NCBI GenBank assembly: GCA_965112155.1
Contig: OZ218105.1
Origin: Podarcis liolepis
Lineage: Eukaryota
Reading direction: 5' to 3' (one strand)
Length of the DNA: 64,000 nucleotides
How positions within the stretch are numbered: position 1 is the stretch's first letter; every line of letters begins with the position of its first letter. Under the pieces are notes generated by a model. That model did no database searches, was not told the origin of the DNA, and saw only the letters and a list, made by a program, of their open reading frames with translations. The position numbers and the translations under genes were made by a program. Positions 1 through 28,100 of the stretch are shown piece after piece.

Positions 1-1351
1 TCATGCTGCTCTATTAATTGGGCTTAAAAAGAATAACAATTATGTATTGCATTCTGTACTGTTGGAAATTGCACTGGAATCAGATTGACCTGATGAGTAG
101 TCTACAAATTGGAGGAATATTAAATCACAGATCAAGCACTATAGACAGAACCATCACATTGCCTCAAAGACAATGCTTTTTCATCAAAGCTGTGAATATA
201 TACAGCTCTTATTTAATAAGGATGCCCTTAAATCAACCTAGAATTCAGGAGCCTTGGTAATGAGGGAGCTTAGTGTAAAAATATTTCCATTTCTGGCTGC
301 AGATTGCAGGTGGGTCATATAGGTATGGAAATTTGCAGATGAGCTGGGAGATGCACTTTCACACAACTCGAGTGAAGTGTGACACTTTTCAAAACAACCC
401 TAGAATGCAGCACCTCTAAGCAATTTATCAAAGAAAACAAAATATGCATCTTTAATGATCAGGGCTAATAATTTGTTGGATAAAAGACTAACACTTCTTG
501 CCACAATCATAATTTCCTTTAATAGTTAGTAAATTGGGTACTTGACTAACAGTTTGCCAGCAAAATGGGGCCAGACAAATATAAAGCAGTAATTTCTAAA
601 TACTTGGGGGATTCCTTAGGTATGCAGGAATATATAAATGTATAAATAAGAAACACGTCTTTAAAAAACAACAATCTCAAAAACCGCCCAAAGAAAGTTG
701 TGTTAAGTTTGTCAAATCTATGGCTGAGCAGTGGCGACAGAGAACATCAATTAAAGTATCGTTTGAGATAAAGGAGAGGTGGGGGGAAAGAAACGAAAGG
801 AACTACAGAATGAATTGACGTGCTGAAGGCCAATTGACTATTTCATTCCGATACTAGACGGGGATAATTCAGTGATAACGGGGGAAAGAATGCATACAGA
901 GTGCGATATCAAACGCAGTCAGCAGGACACATTGGGAATATGCCCCTCCCTCCACCGGCCAGGATCCTTTTGCACGAGCACTTGCCGGGCAAATCCTATT
1001 ACATCCAGCGGGGTTTACATCTGAGTAACTAACAGGACATACCGGGTCCGATCACGAGGCTAAGCAGGCGGAAGCAGCGCGACTGACGGCGAAGCTTCCT
1101 CACGCGGCTCCCTTCCGAAGCCGCCGCCGCCGCGCGCCGCGGCCACTGGGGGCAACAGCGAGGCGGCCTTTCCGGAGTTGCGCGCGCACCCGTCCGCGCT
1201 TGCAGCGTCATCCTGAGGGGCCGGTTTGAATGAGACCCCGAGGAAAGGAAGCGCCGCGCTGCCAGAGCTCCGTCTCGCTTCCTCTGCGCGCCCTGAGCTG
1301 CTGCCGCCGCCGCTCCCGCCTTCTTCCTGCAGGCTGCTCTCGCTCGCCGCC

Positions 1352-16393
<15,042 letters not shown>

Positions 16394-19091
16394 ACTTCAT
16401 TTTTACCATTTCTGCCTAGGTGTGAAATAAATTTCTTAATTCCAGAGCTTCACAGAGGCTGCAAAATTGGTTCCTTCAGTTTACTGTCATTTGGAGCGGC
16501 GAGGATGCAAATCAGGTTTTGAAACTGACCTCTGCACTAAAGTCACTACTACAGTCACTCAATAGTTGCTATATTTGAAATTGATTTTAGTTTTCAGGTT
16601 GCAAAAAAGACCATTTTAAAACAACTAAATTTTAACAAAATTAAGCAGGCCTCCTGCCCTTTCCTCTAATGTTACCAGCAAGATATTTATTACACACCTA
16701 TTCATGCATCATTTTGTTGTTAATTCTTGCATGGTTTCTACCAGTTCAGTAGCTGTCGATCCTTTCTATTGTGTCTTGACAGCTTTGTCAAGTGGAATAT
16801 CAATTGTTGCCTCAACATGTAACACAGTGCTGCTGCCCACAGCCTATGGAAATATGGCTACAATCACGTATTTGTCCAGCCTGATGTGCCAACCTGGTCT
16901 GTTCTGTTGCTGGCATTCCATGACTTTGAATAAATGGTGATCAGTAATGATGGTGCTTCTTACATAAATGTTTGGTGTTTTGTCTTCTTGCTAGAGCTTA
17001 ATCGTATACCTCTTGGCTTGTATCCAGTGCAGGGCTAAGTAAGCATCCCATCCAGCTTCAACAGGAAACCAAAGAATACAGTTTAGCAAAACTGTGATTG
17101 AGTGGTTTAAATTGAGGTAAAGGAGAGGAAGTGGCTACAGTTTTGGGAAATAGTTCTTAATAAAAACTTATTTGAAGAGGAGCAATATACCTTCTTATAC
17201 TGCAAGTTGATGTTATATGCTTTTAAACAGGTTCAAATACTATGATGGGTTTCTGTAAGTTGGTGCTCTGTATAGAAGTTAATGTGTAAGCAGTCACTTC
17301 TGTTCCACCATATTCTTATTCTTTCATCCTGTTCCTCCTAGAAATCTTACAGGCTTAATAGTTGGTACACTTCCCTACTTCCAGTCTTATCTCCATGGAA
17401 CGTATATTTTGTTGAACCTGCCACAGAAGGCCAGTTTTCCTGCTACAAAGTCTTCAGTAGTAATCAGTTAAATACCTAGTAATAGCAGTAAATTATAAGC
17501 AAGAAAAATGGTGTAGTGGAGTTTCTGGCAACAGAAACCAACGGTGCCCAGCAAACCTAGGTCTGACAACTTTCTAGGATTTGAATCGATTCAATGTGTT
17601 TGGTGAACAGTAAAGGATCTACAGGAAGCCACCAATTTCAGGCCGGCAGTATTGGTCTGTTTGTGTGTAGCTGGCTTCTTATTTTATCATGGTCAGGCCC
17701 AAACGTGATTAGCTACAGCAATGGCACTGTATTGGTCGGGTATATAAGCATACCTAGGAAATGATGTGAAAGCAAATACATTCCTTATAAGAAAGCACAC
17801 TTTATAATTTATCCACAGATAGGCACTATGATACTTAGAGTAATATGAACATATTAAGTGTGGTATTTCACAACTTCAGCAGGGCAAGAGCAAGCATTTT
17901 CTGGGAAAGTGCATCAACTTTACCCATAAGAACATTTCATGCTTAAATCCCGGGGGTTCTTCCATATAGCTCAGCTCATCTTTTCACACTGCATCACAAA
18001 AGGCAGGACAAAATGATCTGCTAAAGCACTAGTTTGGTAAGCTTAAAGGGGAATCCTAATCAGCCTCTTCATATTGTGATCCTTTCTGGGCATATTTTAA
18101 TTTTTGTTGCAGTGAGAAGGCCTAGTAGCTCTGAAGTCAGAATATCTACAGCTGGAACAGAAACTAACAAAATACCAATTACCAGGAATTGACAAACCTT
18201 AATGAGCCAGACCCATAAACATGTATTGCCCTTCACTGTACATCTATACTGTATCCTATATCCCAGAGACTTTGTAGGACCTCGCACTCTAAAACAGCAC
18301 TACGAAAGCCCAAGCCAAAACTGAACATCTAGTTATAACACTGCTATCAGAAGGAGAGACTTCAACTACAATGAAGTACCTTAGACACTTGCTGTACATA
18401 AAATAAGTCTTCAAACGGTCATAATTTCAAGCATAAAACATTACAAGCATAGAATGATCATTCATTAAGATTATTAAAAAGGTATTTCCATGCCCTTTCT
18501 GTTAATAAGTAACCAGAGTAATTCAGCATGCTGCTCTCCTACTGTTTTGGCTTACACTTATCAAGCTCAGCCAACAAAGCTCTCGAGAGGTAGTGAGAAT
18601 TTTAGTCTACACATCTGAAGGGCACCAGGTTTGCAAAGAATGATCTAGAGGCAGCTTTCTCTTGTGCATCATTTCCATACAGAACTAGGGGCAAGGGCAA
18701 GGGCAAGGTGAGAGACCAGGAAGATACCATTCTATCAGTATTATATTGGGACCACTTTCTAACAGCAGTACAGTTCTGTTCAGTGGTTTCCCATTTGCTA
18801 TAATACTAACACAAGTTTACTGAGCAGGCGCCTAATTTTCACTAAAGGACTTTACAACATTTTTAGCCACATGTACATTGGGGGAGGAATCCCTAACCAA
18901 GAGCAATAGTTCTCCAATCTTCATAGAATTTGAGCACTTAAAGCATCTCAAATTATGTAAGGACTATTTGTGTACTATGTCCCTTCACCACCCATATTCC
19001 ATGGAAAAAGTCAGTAACCTTCCTATCTGCTTTTGAACACCTCTAACCATTTATTCCTGGAATTTCTAGACAGAAGGTTACTTTAAAATGT

Positions 19092-19097
19092 TTTATT
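19092..19097 (-). terminator. Candidate polyadenylation signal (AATAAA) of THOC1
   Basis: TTTATT on + lies about 85 nt past the THOC1 stop codon. Confidence 0.55.
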
Positions 19098-19179
19098 GCT
19101 TACCAAATTAAACTGATCTATCAAATGTTGGGTTGTTACTTAGCAACGACAGCTTCATTTTCCTTGTTTAACACCTATT

Positions 19180-22100
19180 TTAGCTATTGTTTTCACTATC
19201 GTTTGTTAGGCTTTCTGCAAGGTCATTTAATCCAGCTTTGTTCAACGCAGTAATCAGATTTTCCATTGTAGCGTGGATCCCTTCTTGGTCTTGCCAAGTA
19301 ACAAGCAGCTGCTTAGCTCTCATCTTCACATCTTCACTATCTGATTCAATTTGCCTTATATCAGAGTCTTTCATTTCCAAATATGGGGCCAGAACATTCC
19401 AGTATTCCCCAAGCTTGTTAGCAAGCAACTCTATTTGTTCTCCTGTTACAAGTTTATCCCGTTGAGCATCTGGACCTAAAATCAAACATAAAAAGTATTT
19501 AGAGAATAGCATTGTATAATGCAGCACTCAACAAACCTGTTTCTGAAAACTAACAGCTTGTTAGCATTGTCCACTTTCAGTAAAGAGTTATCCTTTTACA
19601 TTCATGCTTCCAAGTTTTATTTAAATTCTACTATCTTAAAATCATATTACAGAAGGTGCATTTGTGACTATAGACAGATCACTTGTTAGGCTACTTTTAT
19701 ACTCCCTGAAAGTGCAAACCTCAACCATTACTTTTAAGTCAATCTGTGATTTTAGACAGTTGTCTTCATTTACTAAACATTGAAATTGCCCAGCTGATTT
19801 GCCTTTGTTTTTCAAGTCCGAAAGGAATCCCTAACTGCTCCAAAAGAAAGCTGCCTGTTCCCCAGTGTTAATGACTATTGTTATTGGTCACGTTCATTTA
19901 CAATATATTTCAGAAACAGCCCTCAATGAAATGAAAACTGGATGGCCAAGGAGACGGGAAAGGTTCACATGTAGCTGGTAAGAGACATTGTCAGGAAGGG
20001 GGTATTTGAACTTTTAAAAACAAGTAGGAGTGAGATACAGCAAAGGGAAAGGCAGATTTCTGCTGAAATAGAGAGGATGGGAAGTAAAATTAGTAAACAA
20101 AAGGAGAACAAAAGCTACCAAAATGAGAGAATGCAATAGAGCAGGTAAGTACATAAGCAGGATTCCACTGAGGGAACTAAAGCAAGGTAAACTTTTCAGT
20201 ACTATTGTGGAGGGTGGGGAGGCACTGGTGAATAAGCATAGAAGACTTGCATGAAATTATAGAACGAATCGGAGAGCAAACTGGATATGAAGTGATCACA
20301 TGAGGAAGGAAGACATCATGCAAATAAATTTAATAAGAAACACAAAAAATAAGCAGACCAAAAGGTATGGAAAGGAACGGCCAAGGATAGTCCAAGCTTG
20401 GGGACAGACACTGATTCACAAATTGTGAGGCAGGAGATGGAACTGGAAGGATGGTCTTTGAAAACTAGCTTTAGTGGAAGAGGACAAATTCTCAAACTGA
20501 CTTGCTTCAGGTGGAAATATATACCAATAGTTTTCATAGAACATAGCCGATGAGCGAGTGCAACTGTTGACAAGGTGATGCTGTTTTGGAAGAACAGAAT
20601 TTGCACAAAGGAGCTATGATAGATGCAGGAAAAAAACTCTAGGAGAGACAGTACTCTCAAGGTCTACTCATTTAACAAGCACAGACTATCCATCAAGGCG
20701 GCCAGGGTCCAATAAAGTATGAAGGATTAGGAGGCCCTGGTTGTGCCTTTGTGTGGCTCCTCTTTCTGAACATGGGACTTAAGCATTATTACTGCAACTC
20801 AGAAGCAGCAGACAGGATGAACTTGGGGAGAACGTGGGTCTGCTCACATACTCCTTTTACAACAAGTGTTGAGGAAAATGGGAAAACCCCAAGAACACAG
20901 TCTTACTTTCATTGTTTTCCTTTAACAAAGCATCATTATCTTCTTCATCTTCATCCTCGCCTGTTTTAATTTCTTCAGATGGAGGCTATAATGAGAGAAC
21001 TGAATATCACCGAATGGATTTGTACGTAAAAAGAATTTGCTACATGGTGATTCCTGACCTACATGTAGCAGAACAGAGTTTAGAAAGAGACATTTGGAAT
21101 TTATAAAGAAACCATACCTTGTTTTTATACAGATGTCTATTCTAAAACTACTACTAATCTTAATATTCTTTTAAGATACTGTAAATCAATGTTTCTATGA
21201 ATTCCCATGCAAAACTGCTAAGAAGACAGAAATTACATCCCATTGCAATGAAAATGTATACTTAGTAACTGGTTCCAAAAAATAATCACTCGCTCAAATT
21301 GACTTCCCAGAACTAACTAAAAGCTTCATTGTCAAGACAAATTCCTGTTCTCTTATTTCCCCCTGTATATTAAAAGGCCAAGAGAATGTCCAGCCCACAA
21401 GGCTAAATCCTTCCAAAAAAGATCATGAGCCAAAATAAAAGTAGATGTACGAAGCAAAAAGGATCCTTTAAACCCAAAATTCATGTCTCCCTCCTGATGA
21501 GAGTTCTTTTCACAAATGCTAAATGTTACAAAGACAAAGCACACAAACAAAATCGTCTGCTTGCAGTTTAAGGGCAGAGAGTTATAGGCATTTAAAGAGA
21601 TAATCAAAGGTGTTTTACTACTTACAGGTAGTTCTTTAGCTAATTTGATGACCATGTTTTCGAGGTATTCTGGTAAACTCTTGAATTGCTGATTGGTTGG
21701 CTGGAAGAAGTGGGGGCTTCTACGTGCCAATAGCCGTAGTGCTCTCCAGCCGTAGTTAGAATTATTCACAACCCTGCCATCAAAGTCAGAATTAGTCTGC
21801 CATTTGGCATCTAGGAAAAAGGTGCTTGTTTTCTCAGCTTTGTTGTGCAAGCCAAACTATGTTTGAAGCAGATGAACAAATCAGTGCAACATGGATGAGA
21901 AATGTAAACGGCAATGAAAAATGATCTGCAGTACATACTTAAACTCTTTATCAACCATGTTTTCGGGATCTGCCTGTTCAATAGCCTCTTCAAAGAACTC
22001 TTCCAATGTTGGCATATATTCTCTAGAAAATAAAAGTCTGATTTAGTGTTTAACTTTCTAGACTGCCTTCATGTTTCCACATCTTAGTTGCAATTCTTTC

Positions 22101-25100
22101 AATATAAGAGTGGCCAACAATGAAATGAGAAAAAAATACTATTTTTTCTACTGTCATGTGCATTTTTGATGTAGGTTCTATTGTGGTTGAACAGCTCAGT
22201 GAATTGAATAATTTTACTGTGATATAGCATACCAGAATCTGTGTAACATGCAAAAAGTACTCCATCCATATCAAAGCATCAAGAAATACTACTAATTGGA
22301 TTAAATCTATGTTTGCAATATAGGGACAAACATTATAGCTGAAATATCTAGCAGATGTTCTTTGTGATACCTCATGCCCTAATACCGGTAAGAAACTGAC
22401 TGCAAGTCTCTTGATTATCTGCTCTCCCTCTCTACATTAATTCATTCAAATCTTCATGGGTCTTCTGGCTTTAAGCTTTTTAACACTGTTTTGAGGTTTT
22501 GTTTGTTTTACAATTAAGTGGTATATAATTTCTATGAAATAAAATATGAAACAGCTTTCTCCAAGAAGCAGTTCCCATATTGGCAAGCCACCTTGAAAAA
22601 TTGAAAGGCACAGCAAATAAAGTCAATGACATGACTAGGACTTGACAAAAATCATTTGTTTAAAGAAGCAATGCTCCTTTTGTAATATATATACATTAAC
22701 AGTCCCAGGTTATAATCTGAAGGTACATAAGGCCACCATCTAACTGCAGCTAAGCAGGTCTGGTCAGTGCCTGGATGGATGACATAGAAACTACCTTGGG
22801 TTCCATGTAATGTAATGTAATAAAATAAAGTGAGCAAAAAGGCATTATTATAAAAACTGTCATATTATTTTAGGATGTACCACTGGCCACAAGAGTTCCA
22901 ACTTGTTTTATTTTGGACCACCCTACCATATTCTTTTCGTATGACTTACCGGGTCTCAGATTTACAAGCTTCCATGTTATCAGGGCATAAATTCCAGAGT
23001 CGAGTCAATTCTTCACTAAAATGAGAATGAAAAAGCAGGTTACTGCATTGTTATGAAGTGTGTTTTGATGAGCCAGATATTTTGCAAAGGGGCTTCTTCA
23101 AAGTGAAAAAAAATGCATTAATTGTCTAAAAAACTCTCTCTCTCTACTGTACCAAACTTCTCATGTAACAGATCAGATCTAACACCTTTAAATTCCTATA
23201 TAGGAAACTTCAATACACACTGTTCTGCTGTTTTTGAAATGAACACTGGCTCAACAAGAAAGAAGCCCAAGTGTTAAGAAAAATTAAAATAGAGATAAAA
23301 TGAACAGGAGATACTGTCAACAATTATGTATGGGCCTTGCAGCTGGGCCGTTCTGTCAGTAGTCTTGGTCTGCTATAAAAGTTGTGGCCCTTTGGCCCTC
23401 CAGATATTGCTGAACTACATCTCCCATCAACCCCAGCAAGCACGGCCAATGGCTGAGGACGTTGAGAGTTGCAGTTCAGCAACATCTGGAAGGCCAAAGG
23501 TTTCCCACACCAGCACTATACGGTGACACTAGAGCAGGCATACGAAAACTAGGCCCTTCAGATGTTTTGGGACTACAGCTCCCATCATCCCTAGCTAACA
23601 GGACCAGTGGTCAGGGATGATGGGAGCTGTAGTCCCAAAAAATATCTGGAGGGCCAAGTTTGCCTATGCCTGCACTAGAGAGTCTTCTTCCACAGCTGTG
23701 GAATGCCCTTCCCCTGGAAATACAGATGGCAGAGATTTTGATGGGGTTCCACTAGCATGTAAAAATGTGTGATGCAATGGGTGTTAACCAGAAGGTTGGT
23801 AGTTCGAGCCCGCCCAGGTGCAGCTGTGGGCAAGATTCCTGCATTGCAGGGGTTAGACTCGACCCAGCTCTACAATTCCATGATTCTATGATTTCATTTC
23901 TACAAGCATTCAAATTAAATGAGTAAGACTGCCCCCCCGGACATTCTCATACTGCTGCACTCATTAACAGTTGAATTACTTGGTTTGTTTAATCATTGTG
24001 TTTTCTGTTTTGCTGGGATCTTTTTAATGTGATGAACGGCAGCCTAAAAATGTCAAAAATAAATTTATTTATTGACATTCATAATTTAACCAAACCTCAA
24101 AATAACCGTTTTCATATCATTAAGTTATCTATAAAAGATTACAGATATATAGATGATGAACTATAAAGGTTTAACATACTTCCCCATCAGAATTTTTCTG
24201 TTAGGTCCTTTCCCCAGGAAATCTTCAGGAACGGGTCTTTTTCGCACAAAGAGTCTTATTGGCTTGGGATCACTTGGTCTACAGAACAGATATGCTAAGG
24301 TTAACAAGCAGAATGGTGCAAAGATGTACAGCTATTACCTGTTCTACCTTGGGCAAATAATTGTGCTTCTTTTTTATGTTAAAATGCCACCCCAACCTCC
24401 TTAGACATTTTCCTTAGCTGTACCTGAAAATCTCAAAGTAGAGGTCCGTAAAATGACAAGAACCTACCAAGGTTATGTATCATGGGTAGGCAAACTAAGG
24501 CCCGGGGGCCAGATCCGGTCCAATCGCCTTCTAAATCTGGCCCGCGGACGGTCCGGGAATCAGCATGTTTTTACGTGAGTAGAATGTGCCCTTTTATTTA
24601 AAATGCATCTCTGGGTTATTTGTGGGGCATAGAAATCCATTCATTATTTTTTTAAAAAATATAGTCCGACCCCCTACAAGGTCTAAGGGTCAGTGGACCG
24701 GCCCCCTGCTGAAAATGTTTGCTGACTCCTGTTATGTATCCAAGGGGGGGGGGAGCTCCCTGATATGAATTTGTTTCTAAATAGTTTAATATAATACAGC
24801 ACAACCTGTTTATTAGCTTGAAAATGTTATATATAAACACAGGTATAACAAGAAGATGAAGCCTTGAACCTGAATGTTGATCCGATATAATACAATCTCT
24901 AAACAACGTTTTTGAACTTACCTTTCCTTCACAAAACTTGGGCAACCTTCGTTTTTCCATGCATTCCAGTTCTCTTCAGTGTTTAATATGTGCTATAAAA
25001 GCAAAAACATATGAATGTGTCAGTGTGAGTTACTGTCACCTTCAGTATTAGCATTTTTCATTTAAAGAAATCTGCACTATGAATGTATCAGGTATCCAGG

Positions 25101-28100
25101 GTAGAGGTCAGAGGAGAAATACAATCTCTGTGTTTACTTCTGACAGTGGGAAAAGGTAATCTTTAATATGGGTTGGATTCAGAATTCTGTTCTGTTCACA
25201 GGACACTCTTGCTAGAGGAAGAGTGTGGGAAGAAAAAAAATTGCCAATTCCCCCTTCAGGCTCCTTAGTTCAGCAAAAATCTGCTCTAGTTGAGGGACCT
25301 GCTGGAAGAGTGTTGCTGGTGGCACAGGGACTGCCAGCCTTCACTTGATCACACTGCATTTCATAAATGGAAAGACCCTTCCATTCATAGAAGGGCATCT
25401 CTGTATCCAACCCCACACATATTCATGCAACTTTGTCACAGTTCCATGGAGAATATCTTCTAGTTAGAGGGGAAAGTGCCAGCAGACATTATCAGTACAA
25501 GCATCAGGTATAGCACTTGAAACTGTCATTTCACTGTTTTGACGCAAACCCCATTTAAGTGGATGGTACTCATCTAAAATTTTATTCAGTTCTATTTATG
25601 AAGAGGTCACTCACCTCTACCATTTTTGAGAATCTCTCTCCATCGGGAGGATTTTCTGAAAGAAGCTGTTACCAGATGTCAAAGAGTTAGCCAAAGGTTG
25701 CAGCATCCAAAGTTAGGACTGCAGCTTCAGAAATATCATAAATACAAAGTAATATATTTCGGTTTCTAATTATCCAAAATGTACTTCACAATCTAAATAG
25801 CTTAACCAAACTTGATTTTTCAAACGTAACAAAACAAAACCAAAACCGACCAACTTGTACATATATTGCCCGCAGTCTATATCACTGACCTGGTAAACTA
25901 ATTTTGTAGTATCTTCAATCCACAGAGACTGCTCATCTGTCAAAATGTAGTTTGAACTAGAAAGCAAGCCATCACGTATGTCAAGAAGACTGAAGTTCCG
26001 CATATTTAAGTTAATAATTTGAGTATTAATGATTCCCACCCCCCATGGTCCCGGAAGAGCTGTTCTGGAAGGTTCATGGACCCACCAGAAATGGGTTTGA
26101 GGCTGCAAGGGAAAGGAAGTATTGGTGAAAATGCCCACCTCCTAGCTCACAGTTCCCTCTTCCATTCTGGGGAACAATAAAAAAAGTTTCTCCAGGGATT
26201 TTATACGGGTAAAAATAAAGCATTTAAATAACGAATTAGTTCACATTTAATAATACTAGCCTACCTTTTAAATTTCACCTGTCCCTTTAGATACTGAAAT
26301 AATATTAAATACTGCAATAGGATGTGTCGGCGGAAGTTGCTGTCACTCAGCTGTAAATCCATTAACTGAAAGAAAAGACGCACAGATGGATAGAAAACTT
26401 CCTGCAATGTATTTTACAACGTAGAACAGAAATACAGAGCAGGAAAAGTTAACCATGGACCCAACAATGCCAGATGGGTTGTATCCTGTATCACTTCTAC
26501 TCAAAGCAGGCCCACTGAAATTAACGATAATTTCAACAGGTCTATGAACAGATCTTAGTCGAAGGCCACCCAATATTCCAACTAATTATTTCCCATTGGT
26601 AAGATAACTAGCTTTTATGGGCAAAGGAGTGTTTTCATGTAAGTTAAGAACACCAAAGACAATACCTTCTCACTTGTGAGGAATTTAGCAAAGTAAACAT
26701 GCTCCCCGCCAGCTTTCAGCTCTTCCAATTTCTTTCTTGACGCTTGGGTGTCATCCAGCTTGTAGCTCTTAAAGACAGCCAATACTTCTTCAGAGTACTT
26801 GTTAAAATTGAAAAAAATAAAAGGCAATATTTTAGGACAATCACATCCACAAACCAGACCTGAAATTTGATATGCAAAATGCTGATCTACTGATGCTCCT
26901 TTGCAGAGTCCAACTTTAACGTTTATCTACTCTGTCAAACACTATTACACAGCCTGGCGTCAGTTCATTTATCAAGGACCTACACGTCCTCCAACAATAT
27001 GTGCCACCATCTGTCCATACCATTGTTTACACATGTCAAACAGGGCAGTTACACAGCAAAAAGAGTGCGCACAAAACAGAAATAGAGTCACAAAGAATTA
27101 CCTTCAGAAACGTTTTCCACGAAACCTTTTCATAACATTGCACTGGATTCCGAAAGTAATCTTGAAGTGACCAGAACTTTCTATACAGGTTGTAATCTAT
27201 TGGAATGGAACTAACAAAATATTTAACATATAAACTCTCACACACTTCTGCTTATTCCTGAAGATACATTCATTTATCATTTAAATTTATACCCCACATG
27301 AGGTGCCCAATTAAAATGAACACACGAATGAAGGCAGGAAACTTGCTCAAGTTCTTGCCCAATTTCCCTCTTCAACTCAATAGAATGTGAAAGCCGTTAA
27401 TGGTAAATGGTAAATGCCTCTTTGTCAAGCATCCCCTTTTAGAAAATGCTTTTTATAACTAAATAAAGCCCATCTAGTGGCTGTGGAATGTCTCTACTGA
27501 ACGATGACATTTTTAATTAAGAAGCTACAATGTTATGAATTCTCTATTTTAAAAAAACCTTGCACACCTGAAGGAAAGCATTATTTGCCTCTGCTATGCT
27601 TACTAGTTCTATCCACACTTCTCATTTGGTTCCTTAGACATGCCAGAAAAGACTTGATAATCCACCAATACAGTTCCAATTTTCAATTGTCAGAAAGCAG
27701 TGGCAGAGGACACTCTTGCAACCATTTAAATCAAAGCTAGATATATTATATTAATGAATACCAAGCTAATCAAATTAACTGCATTATGTATATCACTAGC
27801 CACCCAGAATTATTTCCCACTCCAATACAAGTTAGTTGGATGAAACTGTTTATAAACATTATCCTGAATATATCATCATGGATAAGAGGACATGAAATCT
27901 GTGACCCTCCAGATGTTTCCGGACTACAACTGGGACTTACGGGAGATATAGTTCCTCAATAACTGGAGGACCAGGGGCTCCCCACCCCTGCTCTAGCCAC
28001 AGAAGATATTTCATACATCTCCCCCCCCATTTTAGAACAAACGAATGGCTTAAATTGGTCTAAGAGCTTACCAACTTGTAGGAGCTTCATCATCTCCCAT

